The position numbers were made by a program, and so were the translations under genes. A stretch of DNA of 63,975 nucleotides, counting the filler, from Circinaria calcarea (Eukaryota): NCBI GenBank assembly GCA_051942165.1. It is 4 parts of 4 records of this genome, joined end to end, with 100 filler letters (N's around TTAATTAATTAA, not from the genome) between each part and the next. Parts side by side here need not be neighbours in the genome. Positions count along the whole stretch, not along the records: positions 1 to 15,996 come from JAVECS010000343.1; 3 more parts are not named here. One strand, 5' to 3'. The notes below the pieces were generated by a model. That model was not told where the DNA came from and did not search any database. It saw only the letters and a list, made by a program, of their open reading frames with translations. Shown here piece after piece: positions 1 to 13,367 of this stretch; the stretch's first letter is position 1, and every line of letters starts with the position of its first letter.

Positions 1-50
1 TCATACCACCGTAGAATATCACTATTCTCTACAACTGCTGACCAATAAAC

Positions 51-2943
51 ATGGGATCAAGAGCGAGCGTAACGACAACATTTGCACCCGGGCATGTGAT
101 TCAGCCCATCTATACTGGCGGAGATGTGGCCCTTGAAGCGGAGGGTCAGATTCTCGTGACCTGTCTGGGAGAAGATGCACTGTTGACTGATTTGAGCAGC
201 GGCAAACTCCTCGCCCGCTTAGAAGGCGTACGCAATTATCCTACGAGTACTCCGTGTTTGTAGAAGCTCTGACTGACATTTCCCTAATTAGGATGATGAA
301 ATCTTGACGGCTATTCAGGGTACGTATGCTCTTCTCGGTCCACCGAAGTCTGCAGTCTATGCTAACTTCTCGTCAGTAACTCCATCGGCCTCACATGTGG
401 TTACATGTTCTCGCTCTCTCTCTATGAGGATTTATTCCTTGCAGCGTTCGGAAGGGACCTCAATCGAATTGAATCCAGTTCTCCAAAGAACCCTGAAGCC
501 TCATACGACTCCTGTTATTACAGCCACAATAGATCAGACAGGTACTCTTCTTGCGACTGGAGGCGCCGATGGGATTGTCAAAGTTTGGGATATTAGAGGG
601 GGTTATGTGTCTCATACATTCCGAGGACACACTGGAGTTATCACGGCTTTGCACTTTTTCCAAATCAGTGCTACCAAAATACCTGTTGGAATCTCACCTC
701 AGCACAAGCGGAAGCCTCCACAGCGAAGTGATCATGAAGGAGCCATGGATCTAGATCAGCCACAATCAGATGGAAACAGCCAATCGGTAGTGTTCCGTTT
801 AGCGTCTGGGGGTGAAGATGGCAAAATTCGAATCTGGGATCTATCACAACGGAAGTCCATATCGATTCTGGACTCGCATGTTTCTGTTGTACGAGCTCTT
901 GACTTTTCATCGGAAAAAAACGCTCTTGTGTCGGCAAGTCGAGATAAGACCCTGATCCTCTGGGATGCTCACAGTTGGAAAGTAAGAAAGGTCGTTCCTG
1001 TTCTCGAAGGACTGGAGACAGCAGGCTTCGTCATGGATGGTTCTTTCATGTTCACTGGAGGCGAAAATGGTGTTTTACGAATATGGGAAACCGAGACTGG
1101 AAGAGAGGTCACGCAGGAGCAGGACGTGAGAGGAGAAGGTGATGGAATAATGCATATATTATACAATATATCGTTAGATTCCTTACTTTGCATTCACGCC
1201 GATCAAAGTCTGATATTCCATTCGCTTGCTTCACTGTCTTCTGTTACGCATGGGAGTCTCATTGGACCTCTATCTGTCATCCGGCGAATTTCAGGAACAC
1301 ATGACGAGATTATTGATTTAGCATACGTGACTCCAGACCGATCACTTCTGGCTCTGGCGACCAATTCGGAAGACATACGGCTTACATCCGTGGCGACGAA
1401 AGCAAATGACACTCACTCAGGAGAAGCAGGGCAATACTTTGGCGCTGACGTAGCTTTGCTCCAAGGGCATGAAGAAATTATCATCTGTCTCGATGTGGAC
1501 TGGTCTGGGTGTTGGCTTGTCACTGGCGCAAAGGATAATACCGCAAGACTCTGGCGTATTGATCGCAAGAACGAAGTATACGAAAGCTTTGCCATCTTCA
1601 CAGGTCATGCTGAGTCTTTAGGTGCCATATCATTACCGGGAGGTTCACCAGTCGCTGGCTCGGCAGCCCACGCGGACCCACTCTCTCATCCACCTCCGTT
1701 TCTCCTCACCGGTTCCCAAGACAAAACGGTAAAGCGATGGAACATTTTGTCTAAGCAGAACCCGAAATCGGATAAAAAAGCCCCTAGAGCCCTTTACACA
1801 CGCAAAGCCCATGACAAGGACATCAACGCTCTTGCTATAAACCACAATTCCACCGTATTTGCCTCCGCATCTCAAGATCGTACAGTGAAAATCTGGTCGA
1901 CCGAAGAGGGCGAAGTACAAGGCGTACTTCGAGGTCATCGCAGAGGTGTCTGGTCCGTCAAGTTTGCACCGAAAGAGACACCTCCAATCACTGGTGATAA
2001 TGGCCTCGCGAGTAGTAATCGAGGCTTGATACTCACGGGAAGTGGAGATAAGACAATCAAGGTCTGGAGCCTAACAGACTATAGCTGTCTTCGAACCTTA
2101 GAAGGTCACACTAACAGCGTACTCAAAGTCCTTTGGATGCCCAATCATCAGCCGCGCGAAGACAATGACGCCCCCAAACAAAACACCAAGCGAGCCGTTC
2201 AGATCGCCAGTGCAGGCGGCGACGGCCTCGTAAAGATCTGGGACGTGAACAGTGGAGAATGTGACTGTACGCTTGATAACCACACCGATCGCGTGTGGGC
2301 GCTGGTCGTCAACCCGGAAGACAACACCCTGGTGTCCGGCGGCGGCGATAGCGTAGTGACGTTTTGGGAAGACACCACAAGTACGACGATAGCGGCAATC
2401 GCCGCGGCATCCACCGCCCGTGTGGAGCAGGAGCAGGAGCTGCAGAATTATATTCAACGGGGAAGCTATCGGGAAGCCATCGCGCTGGCCTTGCAGTTGA
2501 ACCATCCGGCTAGACTCTTAGCCCTGTTTACGAAAGTAGTTAGTACGACTCCTCCGGAGAAAGACTCTCTCTCAGGCGTCCTGGCGGTCGACCAAGTCCT
2601 CGCCACTCTGGCAGACGAGCAGCTTTTCACGCTCCTGCTCCGCCTCCGTGACTGGAACACCAATGCCCGGACTGCGCCCGTCACGCAAAGAATCCTCTGG
2701 GTGCTCGTGAAGAGCTATCCTGCCAGCCGACTGTCGGGACTCAAGGGGAGGGGCAGGGGAGGGGGCTTGAAGGAGGTGTTGGATGGGTTGAAGGCGTATA
2801 CGGAGAGGCATTATAAGCGGATGGAGGAGCTGGTGGATGAGAGCTACTTGGTCGATTATACCCTGAGGGAAATGGAGGAGGTGGGGTTTGTGAATGAGGG
2901 ATTGGAGGTTCGGGAGGGTGAGGCGGACGTGATTATGGTTTGA
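51..2943 (+). CDS. UTP13: U3 snoRNP / SSU processome WD40 protein Utp13 (TBL3 ortholog); introns 228-291 and 320-376
   Basis: Many GH...WD repeats (GHTGVITALHF, GHRRGVWSVKF, EGHTNSVLKV). C-terminal Utp13 domain (EQEQELQNY...LLRLRDWNTNART...YTERHYKRMEELVDESYLVDYTLREM). GT-AG introns with branch sites join the 51.. and 304.. ORFs in frame. Confidence 0.93.
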
Positions 2944-3472
2944 CAGACGGGTCGGGGGGTTACGGGGCTGGCTTTGAGTGATGGCTGTACCGTGAACTGT
3001 GTAGGATGACTTCGCAATCCAGAATCGTGTTTGAGTCAATCGGGAACGCTAGGGCTCAATGTTAGTGATCGAAATCTAGCAGTTGAAGATGAGGTAGCGT
3101 TTACCTGGTTTTCCAACCACGGGACGATTAGGTCTGTCCGGGGCATGACAGGCAGAATTCATCAACTCATTGATATGAATGAATATGGACTGGGTGTCCA
3201 AATAAGTGACGGTTCTTTTCGCAAACAGTTTGTCAAGTCAAAACTGCCACTGATTTTGCATACCCAGCCCCGGTATCCCGCCAAGATTAAAATCCAACCG
3301 TGATAAAAGGAAGCATATTGGTATAAGGCGATCACCAACCTCACAGCATTAATATACAATCATCATGCTTCGACAATCCACGACAACCAACAGCATTCTA
3401 TCTCCCTTTCCTCCCTTCTCCACTCTCATCGCCCTTTCCCTCCCCGAAACGCCCCATACAGCTTCCTCGCCA

Positions 3473-3757
3473 TCACAGCGCATGCAACTGCCTCGAAGGA
3501 ATAGTGGCCACCGGGGCTCCCCTTGTGATGGCCTCCTCCAACTTCTCGGGCTTCACCATCGCCCTCAAGGTGGCCTTGTCCTCGGGTACATTGCCCTCGG
3601 CGATGTCGCCCGACGTGTGGCGGAACCAAATGACGTCGTGGATGAAGCAGATTTCGGTCATGCCGACGTAGAATTTCTGTTTCGAGGCCGCTGCGGCGCG
3701 TTCGGCCGGGGTGCCTCTGCTGCAGCTGCAGTAGTATTGGAATCCGGCGGTGGCCAT
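3473..3757 (-). CDS. Small hypothetical protein (94 aa), no recognised family
   Basis: Intronless ATG..TGA ORF with strong C/G bias at third codon positions (GCC ACC GCC GGA TTC CAA TAC TAC TGC...). The overlapping + ORF reads like an antisense shadow. Confidence 0.6.
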   Translation of the reverse strand: MATAGFQYYCSCSRGTPAERAAAASKQKFYVGMTEICFIHDVIWFRHTSGDIAEGNVPEDKATLRAMVKPEKLEEAITRGAPVATIPSRQLHAL

Positions 3758-4587
3758 GATGACGAAAGGGGAGTTGGAATAAATTTGTGAGAGGGATTTA
3801 TGGATTGGTATGCTCTCGTGGTCTTGGGGGTCAGTGAGTTGGGGTTGTGGGGGTTAGGGATCGAGGATGAGTTCCTGAGTTTTTAAAGTGTTTGTACGTT
3901 GAAAGATGCCCATGACCAGAAACGATGTATCTTTGTTTTGTCTTAAAGAGCTTTATGATCGTATTGACACGGGTCCTGGCTGCAAAAGGTAAATTCATGG
4001 GTATTAGGAATAGAAGCTGCGGCGAAATGAAAGCACAACAAAGGAAGAAGTGGCTGCTTGCGACTTTTTGAACACCTGCTTTTCTGACTGCACTACCTCT
4101 ATAGCATCTCAATGCACAATAGTTGATATATGTTTAAGCTCCGGTGAATCCTATATATCTTTGCCTTAGGCACTGTTCACATCTAGTCCGGAGGCTATTG
4201 GCAGGTGAAGTTTTGTGTGAAGATGTGTTGAAATTAAGATGGTGAATGTCATGCAATGGGGGGCCATCGGTACCTAGGATACATACTTAAATGACTGGGT
4301 ATTCGATAATGGTGCCAGAAGGCTCCACTAGGCAATTCCAAGACAGATTGAAAAGCTGCCGGCTAGGGTATAGCTGGAAAGGTTGGTTTCTTGACTGCGT
4401 TAAAGATTTGAAAATTTGTTCTTTTCCGCCGTCTAATAATGGAACGACTGGGGATAGAGAAAGCTTGGCAGTGGCATGAGGACTCGATACCAAGTATGGA
4501 AAGGAGGTTCACGTCCATGTCGTTTAATTAGGACGGTTCATTGGTGATAATTAATATAGACTCACTACTCCATTCTAGTGACAATCT

Positions 4588-6048
4588 TTAGTAAACCTCT
4601 TGCCTTCTAGTTGACCGGGTATCATCATGCTCATCTGTGCCATCGTGCTTCTGTCTAGAAGGTCGTGATTGCCTGTCGTCGTCATAGTGTCGAGATTTCG
4701 AAGACCGAGAAGACCCTCCTTCGTCATCCCGGTATCGAGATTTCGAAGATCGTGAATCGTCACGTCTCTCGTCAGCCCTCCACCAGCCATTCTTATCTTT
4801 CCGGTCGTAATCGTCTTGCCCAACATGATCCCTTCGTCGATGTCGATTGCGTTCGGAGGATCTGCTCCGATCCCGCCTTGACGAGCTGTGCCGACTGCTC
4901 TTGTGGGATCTGTCTTTGTCCCGATATTTTCTATCTGACTTCCTTTCTTCATTGATAGCTAGATTTTTATCCCTCCTTCGCCTCCAATCCTCCTCCTCCA
5001 TCTTCTGATTTTCCTGCTTCTGCTTCAACTCTTCCTCTGTCAACATTTCGCCTGTCCTGGAATTCTTAAGCAGCACTGGGTTATACATAATATCAATCTT
5101 TCTCTTCCCCTTGAAAGCGCCCTTAGACATCCCCTTCGCCCCTTTCCCCCAAGCCCCAAGCTCAATCGCCACATCACCAGGCACCTCTTTCGCCCCAATA
5201 CCCAATAATGCCGGTCGTCTCTCCATCACCTTGGATTTTTTGGTAGGATCCTTGTTCTTTCCCGGCTCAAGCTCTCCGTTCCAACCCATACCTCGTAACA
5301 ATGCGGCTCCGATCTCATCAACCGGTACTGTGGAGTAGTCATCTAGGGATGCCGAATCCGGTCGAGATGCTATATCTAATCTAAATGCATCTTCGTCACC
5401 TATACCGACAGCTGTACCTCTTCCTGAGAACATCTCATCCGCTTTATCGGTGTTTTCGATAACTAGATTGGACTTCTTCTTTCCATTTCCCATCAAAGCC
5501 TCCACCGCCTCCTGGTCCTCCGTCTTCTCTATTTCCTCGACTTGTGCTAGTGCCATCGTAGCCGCATCTTTTCGCGTGTCCATCATGTGCACATCTTCAC
5601 CTTTCTTCAAGAAAGTCAAGCCAAAAGCTGGCGCCTCGCTATTAACCACATCCTGGCCCTGTAATAACTTGCCGTTCCTCGCAGCCCGTACCTCAGCAGG
5701 CAATAAATTCTTCCCGCGCTTACGTCGACTTTCTTCTCGCCAATCTCGGTTCTTTTGTGCTTGGATCACGAGGGGCGCTTTGGCTACTTCGATGCCACCT
5801 ATTCCGATAGCACCGCCTGCCGAATGGTCAAACGCGGAAACTAACTGAGGTCTATGGCCTGGCCGTTCCTGATCGGAGTCTGAATCATCGGCGAGTGAGG
5901 AGTGAGGACGCTTCTTGGAATTCAGAGGAGCAGCTTTTGCTAGAGGGGCTTTGGGTTTGGAGGAGAGGGAGATGGAGAATGGCTTTGCTGGTCGCGAAAA
6001 GGTTATATTGGTCGTCAACGGTGACTCTGGTGAGTCGGCGGATGGCAT
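4588..6048 (-). CDS. SPP2: Pre-mRNA splicing factor Spp2 (G-patch, Prp2 cofactor)
   Basis: G-patch (DYSTVPVDEIGAALLRGMGW...RRPALLGIGAKE), N-terminal PLVIQAQKNRDWR motif and R/D/S-rich tail. Likely start MPSADS at 6048. Confidence 0.88.
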   Translation of the reverse strand: MPSADSPESPLTTNITFSRPAKPFSISLSSKPKAPLAKAAPLNSKKRPHSSLADDSDSDQERPGHRPQLVSAFDHSAGGAIGIGGIEVAKAPLVIQAQKNRDWREESRRKRGKNLLPAEVRAARNGKLLQGQDVVNSEAPAFGLTFLKKGEDVHMMDTRKDAATMALAQVEEIEKTEDQEAVEALMGNGKKKSNLVIENTDKADEMFSGRGTAVGIGDEDAFRLDIASRPDSASLDDYSTVPVDEIGAALLRGMGWNGELEPGKNKDPTKKSKVMERRPALLGIGAKEVPGDVAIELGAWGKGAKGMSKGAFKGKRKIDIMYNPVLLKNSRTGEMLTEEELKQKQENQKMEEEDWRRRRDKNLAINEERKSDRKYRDKDRSHKSSRHSSSRRDRSRSSERNRHRRRDHVGQDDYDRKDKNGWWRADERRDDSRSSKSRYRDDEGGSSRSSKSRHYDDDRQSRPSRQKHDGTDEHDDTRSTRRQEVY

Positions 6049-6416
6049 GATTGTGAAGTGTGTTATCAAAGGTGTTAAGGTGGACAGATTGTGAGCGTCG
6101 TTGAAGTCCATGTGAGTACCGGATCCGTATTAGGTTTAGCCCGCTTGTGGAAACTACCCTGACTGTCTACAGAGAGCGTACCATACTTTCTTACGTCCTC
6201 ACAACCACTTCAATGTTTTGCAAAACCTGACAGAAACTTGAAGATCTGGCGCATTATTATCCATAAACCAATCGCTGTGCTCTCGAGAGTTATTTACAAC
6301 ATTCAGCACCGAGGCCATTGGGCGCTTCCCCTGTGGCCATCACACTGCTGACTGCCCCACCAGGCAGTCAATCCAAAGGTATTTACAAGAATCCTTCCAA
6401 CTTAACGGCGCTTCAA

Positions 6417-9400
6417 TCACTGTGCTCCTGCCATCTGCGCTTGGGGCGGCCGAGGGCTTTGACTAGCACCGACCTGCACGCTACTGCTACTTCGGTGCAT
6501 CTGAGGTGTTCCCCCTCGACTAGGCGGCCTCGCCCCATTCATACCATTCCCCCCACTCCTACTCTGCTGATGGGATTGCTGATTTCGCATCATCTGAGCG
6601 TAAATCTGCGGGCTTATCGATGGAGCGCCGTTGGGCCCGTTCACCATTGCTTGTTGCTGTGGCGGAAGCTGAAGGTTTGCTGCGTGGTGGGATGTATTAC
6701 TGCCAGCCGCAGCTAGCATGGCAGCCTGTGATTGCGACTGAACCATACGGTACTGTAGTGTCTCGGTGGTCATCCTATTGACCTGCTCAGGACTCGCTTG
6801 AGGATGGCGAGCCTTGATTGAATTCGAGATCTGATTGACTGCGGGCACCATTCCGCTAGATAAGGGTTGAGCCTGCATCGAGTTTTCTAGAAGAGGCGAA
6901 GTGGATGGCCCCGGAGGCCCCGATACCCCGTTAATTGCTGGACTAGGAATACCATTTGTGGCCTGAAGACTGGCAATCATGGCAGAAGGATTACTCTGAG
7001 ACAGCACGTTCACAGTTCCTGCCCCCGGAGAGGTAGACGAAGCATTTTGACCGTTGGCTTGCGATTGCTGCTGGCGACGCTGCTGTTGCTGCTGTTGCTG
7101 TTGCTGAAGATACTGCTGCTGTTCATGTTGTAGGCGATTTGCCTCAATGTACACGCGCATATCCGAGCCCGCTTGCTGCTGCATACGTTGCTGGCCTTGC
7201 ATATGGGGTTGCATCTGGGCCTGTGGGATTCCACTGCCCCTGGGTCCTAGTTGTCCGTTATGTACCTGAGGAACATTCATAGGCATCCCATTGACAGCGG
7301 GATGCGGTGGAGGTGGAAGCCGGTTTTGATTAGGGTGTGAAGGTGGAATATGGTTGTTGGGCAAAGAAGAGGTAAGATGAGGACTGGTCCCATTCATTAT
7401 TGCAGAGGCAGGGTTGCGTCCTGGTTGTGGTAGAGCTGACCCGGTCTGTTGTTGACCCATATGCTGACTGGCTCTCTGCGCCATGGCAGCCTTGCGTGAG
7501 ATTAGCACGATCGCATACAATAGTTGGAGGAGGAAAATTACCCTTTGCTGAGCTATTACCTGCTGCTTGTATAAGTCTGCCTTTTCCTGCATTTTACACT
7601 CACGCTCATGCTTGAAGTGACTGAACTCTTGAGGCGTCTTCATACGCTGTCTAGGTTGCGCGGCTTCGTTGGCTTTTCTCAGTGCAGCTAGCGATGCAAC
7701 TGGAGCACCCTGAGTCAGCATGATGTACATGACAATATCCTAGTTGTGGATACGTGGAGTCTCGACCTAATGGCCTGAAGGAAAGATACAATTGACGTAC
7801 CGTGCTGTTGTTTCTGAGCTGTAGTCTCCTGTTTCTTCGCCAATTTCTGCATCGCATGCACCAAAGCCAAATGCTTGTTATTTCTTCTGCGATCGACACG
7901 CACGGGCTGTGTGTTTTTCCGGCGAATTGGCAACTGTGCATTATTGCCCTGCTGCTGCAGAGCTGCCTGATACTGAGCATTCAGAGTGAGCTGGGCGTTT
8001 TCCAACCTTGCGTGGTAGGTACGGAAGTATTGCGTTTTGGACATTTCTGCAGGAAGGCCCTCAAGGCCAACCCATCGCTCGAAACATTCCCAGGGAGTCC
8101 GCCTTTCAGCCCCCGAAGAGAAAAGAGACGGGGAAGATAGGCAGCTGGAGATCAGAGACCAGTTGTAGGCATACTCCCGAACTAGTCGTCGTAACTCATC
8201 GTCCTCGGTATATGTCCATTGAGAAGACTGACGACATTCAAAAAAGCTTTGATTTGGCATATTGTGCTCTGATGGTGGTCTGAAAGCATGACCTGCATGT
8301 ATGCGGTCACGGATGTGTTTGTTTTCAGGATTGAACAGTGCCACATCCTCCTGCTCCGGGGCGATTGGATCTGACGTTTGATCTGGAGCTAGAAATAAAC
8401 GACTTGACATGACTTCCTCGGTTGTGTCCGCATCCGCGTAATCGAAACGGCTCTTCTTCCGAGCAGGGCCTTCTTCTCGGATGATCATCTTCCCTATTGC
8501 AAACTTGGATATAGGTACAATGGGGGTTTTCCACCATTGATCTGCTTTGTCTTGTAGTGGATTTCGGACGGTATTTTGAGGTTCCCTCCAAGGCTCGTAC
8601 AAGGGCAGTTCAGACAGTAATCTCTCCGACGTTGGGGTCTTGCCTATACCGAAGAGCACATCTTCTGGAGCTAGCGAGAATATCGCTGCTGGAGCGTCCA
8701 CTCGGGTGAAATCTATATGAGGCAAATCTTCATCCATTGCGTCGCTCGAGTCATCCCCAGCTGAAGGAATTAAATCCGGCGTGGACTCGGAAAGCAGGCT
8801 TTCCCCTTTGTTATCAGGCTGACTAGACATCTCAATACCATCCATACTTGGTAACTCTAGGCCTGTTTGCGTGCTACGAGCCGGTCCTGTGGTTCGTACC
8901 TGCAAAAATACCCGTCGATCCGCCGGACTTGCCACCCACTCGGCACACCAGTCCACCAAGTTCTTTGCTGCCGTAATTTTCCACTTCCGTTCCTCCCTAA
9001 AGTCGGTCCGCATCCACTTCATTTCCCCAAGTAAAGTATCCCAGCAACTGGCTGGCCGCTGCGGTTCTATTGAACGTTCTAACTGACGTAGGGACCACCG
9101 ATTAGAGTTTTGCAAGTGGTATATACGTTTCAAGATGCCTTTATCTTGCTGCTCGTGGAAGTCTAGGTAGTGATTTGAAGTTGTGAGAGTCTTGTGGGCC
9201 GATCCCAGTAATGCATTGAGGCCTGGTGACTGAGATGTGGCTTGGGCGGTAAATAACGAAATAAGATAATCCTTGGGTTCATCCGTGGAAGCGTGTGGAT
9301 CGGTATGCCTTCCTAAAGCTGCATCAATGGTACGTGTAGCTTCGGTTGGCTGTTGTCGGGCAAAAACCACGGTCGAAAGCTTACTACGCTCCTTCTCTCT

Positions 9401-11462
9401 TTCCCTCAGCTCACTGAGACGGGATCTGAAATTGACAGAATCTGGAGATGTAACCAGATGTCCATAGCCTGGTGTCTGGCTTCCCGACTCCTCTTTGCGC
9501 AGATTTTGACCTCCTTTATCTATTGGGGTTCGGTCACCTGACTGTATGGAAGGCTTCGGCGTCTCTCCAAGAATCTCAGATACGGATTTATGTCTCAAAG
9601 CCCCCGAGGATACTCGTGTTGTCATACGTTCAGGCGGAGAGGAATTCACTGGTAGAGGAGTAACTTTGACGGGCGTTGAGGTGGCATAAGGACTATACAG
9701 ATCTCCGAGTGCCTGATTTGGAGCCTTTATTTTGGACTCGTGTAACGTGCTCGGCGTTGAGGTGGCATAAGGACTATACAGATCTCCGGGTGCCTGATTT
9801 GGAGTCTTTATTTTGGACTCGTGTAACGTGCTCGGCGTTGAGTAATGGGTATCGATTCGCATTGGAGGTCTCTGGCTGAACATGAGGTCTTTGGACATAT
9901 CTCTCGTCATGCCTGGAAGTCTGCGATCTGGGGGCGAAAGGTTTTGGTTATCTGAGCTCCGGTTGCGTTCAGGGGTTCTTCTTGAGCCTTGAACATGATC
10001 CAGACCAACGCTATGCTCGGTCACTGGTATTCCCGTAGTTTCATCGGCAATATCCACGTTAACTTCTGAAATTTTGGATGCCACAGTGGTGTCACCGTCG
10101 GGAAGAATGTGATTATCGGTCACATGGTAGTCTTGAGCGTGCGTGGGTAACAGGGTGTTTGTCGAGTTCAGAGACTGTGCTTCTTCGAGTCTGAGTTGGG
10201 CGTCGGGTGTAGAAGGTGTGGCTGCAAAAACTTGTGCACCACTAAACTTAGTGCCCCTGAATCCATCATGAGAAGGATTGCCAATCCTTTTCTCGTTTTG
10301 AAGATACTTCTCCTCCGTGCAGGTATCTTTCACATGCCCCAGAGATCCTATATCCATTTCCCGACCTTGCCTTGTTATTGTCATATCGGTCTGCGCAGAA
10401 GCTTCGGTAACAGGACCAAACGAGGTATGTCCGAGAGCCTGCCCTGGTTGCGATTCTTCTATTACGGTTGCACCTCGCAAGGAGCCTTCGCTGTTACGAT
10501 CTGAAGTTTGATCAAAGTCCTGTAGATGAGGCTCCGGAGGCTTGTCTGGAGGCCTTTTGCTTACAAGGTTGTAGCCATTCCTTTCCACGGGTGAGATTGC
10601 ACCATTGAACATAGGGGTGTCGCTGATGGTTGTAGAAGCTATTTCGGGGGTAATGATCTCAGATCGTGCTTCCAAACGTATTAAGTCCTTGCTGGAGCTC
10701 GGTAGCCTTGACTTTGACGAGTCTTGATCCCAAGTTTGAGTCTGCAATAGGCTTCTAGAAGCAACATCATCCGGTATCTGATCATCTACCGTGGGTGTAT
10801 TGGTGCGCGCAGCCGCGAAGCCTGCCTGCGTAGCTTTTGACAATGTCTTGGGCGAGCCAACATGTTCACCCGCCTGTGAATGGGAACGGTGTTGGTGAAT
10901 AGAGTCCAATAGAGCGCTTGCGCCAATTGACAAACGTTGCGATCCCGCCGAGCTTTCTGTGCCATTGTCTGTAGCTTGTTTTAAGTTGACGGAGTTTTCT
11001 AGATCCTCATGCGGTGTAGTCTTTGTAACTGATAAGGCGGAGGAGCCATCATGACTACCAGGCTGTAAGTCGGCGAGAAGTCGCAATGTAGAGGGATCGA
11101 AGAATCTGCCTCTGTTCCAAAGTTTAGTTTATAATCCCCTCACGATGCTATAGCAGCCTCCACTTGGTATGTGCTTACTCCAAGATATTGTTCGCTTCCA
11201 GAAAGGCAGCTTCGCCATTGTTGTTGTGTCCGACGGCGTTGTACTCATTGCGCTGGAGTAGGGGCTCGCTTCCCGCGAGACTCACGGTCGCATGGTACAG
11301 CTCCTGAAGTTTGCGTTTGCGACTGGTTATACAATTGCTGTATATATCATCAGCGATTTAATCTTTGCGCAAAGCAACCTAGAGTATATTGAGCTTGCTC
11401 AGAGGACAAACAACTCACGCAAGCTCATCTCGTTTTGCTTTCAAGATCGTATCCCGGATCAT
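6417..11462 (-). CDS. EAF1: NuA4 scaffold subunit Eaf1/Vid21 (HSA + SANT/Myb domains, Q-rich C-terminus), multi-exon
   Basis: HSA region (RIYHLQNSNRWSLRQ...WDTLLGEMKWMRTDFREERKWK), Myb-like WTYTEDDELRRLVREYAYNWSLIS...RRTPWECFERW and poly-Q tail. First exon MIRDTILKAKRDEL followed by a GTGAGT donor. Confidence 0.92.
9672..9842. repeat. 81-bp tandem duplication (about 2.1 copies) inside the EAF1 coding exon
   Basis: Units start at 9672, 9753 and 9834 (partial), with 2 mismatches between the full copies. Encodes STPSTLHESKIK(T/A)PNQA(P/L)GDLYSPYAT twice. Confidence 0.95.
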
Positions 11463-11752
11463 TGAGTTGATCTCGACGACGCAACATCCGAATAGCCCGC
11501 GAAAAGCGACCTGAACTGTGTCTTGGGGGTCATATGGCAGGTTTAATCGCTTCAAAGTGATGGAAAGTGATGGCGTGGTGATGGATGATCGTGTTGTAGT
11601 TGCCGTTCACCCCAAGGCCCAGGCACAAGGGAGGTGTTGGTCGGAATTGACGATTACTTTTTAGATCTCGCTTACGTCGCGCGAACCTCGTTTTTTACAT
11701 CAGTGAAGATATGCAACAGATTGCGTAGGAATCTCGAGATATTTGGATCGAG

Positions 11753-13367
11753 ATGCTCAAGAGGAAGAGAGATGCTCAAGACGAGGAGATCTCGCCCGCT
11801 GTACGGAGGCAGAAATCTGCCTTGACATTGGACAGAAATCATCATCAGGCTACACCCACCACGATCCAAATTATCACCGGATCGTATGAGAGAGTTCTGC
11901 ATGGTATTACGGCATCAATCCCGCAAGGCGTTGAAGAGGGCCAAGAGAGCGAAGAGAATGTTGAATTTTCCGATACCTTCCTCTTCAATGCCCACAACTC
12001 CGCCATTCGATGTCTTGCTCTTTCGCCAGTGCCCTCGTCAGCTGACCGTGCCGAATCCCACAAGGTGATACTCGCAAGCGGCAGCACAGATGAGAGAATC
12101 AACCTGTATCATATATCTGCGTTCCCTCCTCCCACTAAAAATGCCAAAGGTTCCAAAACGCCTATACTCCCTGGTACTCAGGTAATGGAAAATCCAAGAA
12201 ACAAAGAGCTTGGGTCTCTTCTACATCACTCTTCCAGTATCACTGCTTTGTACTTCCCTACCAAGTCGAAGCTTCTGTCCGCAGCAGAAGATAACACCAT
12301 AGCTATCTCTAGGACGCGCGATTGGGCGGTGCTCTCCACCATCAAAGCGCCTATACCCAAAGCCGTGGGTCGGCCCAGTGGGGATACCGCTCCCCTTGGA
12401 GGGACTCCTGCTGGTGTCAGTGATTTTGCCGTGCATCCAAGCATGAAGCTAATGATTAGTGTTGGAAAAGGCGAGAAATGCATGCGTCTATGGAATCTTG
12501 TCACGGGCAAAAAGGCAGGGGTGTTGAGTTTTGACAGGACATTACTGCAGGACGTTGGAGAAGGTAAATGGGGTAGCGGTGAAGGAAGGAAGGTGGAGTG
12601 GAATAGTGAAGGCAACGAGTTTGTCGTGGCTTTCGAAAAAGGTGCAGTGATCTTTGGCATGGTACTAGGACCCTTCATTCCTCGTAGAAATGGCACCAAT
12701 ATTGACCAACATTTAGGACTCCAAACCAAAATGTCGTATTATGCCATCTCCACCATCAAAAGTGCATCAGTTGCACTATATAGCTCGGGAACAGCCTGAA
12801 GATGGGTGCAATGATATATTAGCTGTATCTACAGAAGATGGACGCCTCCTTTTATATAGCATCGCAACCAGCAATACTTTACCCGGTGAAGTCTGTCAGG
12901 AAACATCAGTCATCCCAACCTGTGAACCTCTTGGACAGCTCGGTGGTGTTTCTTCGGCTTTGACAAGGCGGATCAAAGATTTCGAGGTCCTCAGATTACC
13001 AAAAGTAAAGTCCACTCTTTCTCAGATCATTATCGTTGCCGGAAGCAGTGATGGATCGATCCGACTTTGGAGCATCATAGAGAAAGACCTGGACTTCGAT
13101 AATGTGCCGTCAAACGGCGTCCGTGCCTCAGATCCTATAACATCAATGAACGCGAATGGCGCTTTGGACGGTACCAATGGCCCGGGAGAGCCCCATGTAC
13201 GCCATATCGGCCAATTATTGGGTACATATCAAACTGGAAATCGTATTACGTGCTTGAAGGCATTCGTTATGAGGCATCCGTCTGAAGACTTAGGGGTCCC
13301 GGTGGGCGGAGAGTTGCCGGACGAATTCGAGGAGATTGAAGGCAGCAGCGGGAGTAGTAGCGTTTAG
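11753..13367 (+). CDS. MAK11: 60S ribosome biogenesis WD40 protein Mak11 (PAK1IP1 ortholog); intron 12662-12716
   Basis: IQIITGSYERVLHG, FLFNAHNSAIRCLALS, LASGSTDERINLY, FAVHPSMKLMISVGKGEKCMRLWNLVTGKK, RIKDF, GNRITCL. Confidence 0.9.

Noticed and set aside
2098..3039. Long ORFs antisense to UTP13 (and similar ones opposite other genes)
   Set aside because: Shadow ORFs caused by GC3-rich codon usage on the coding strand.
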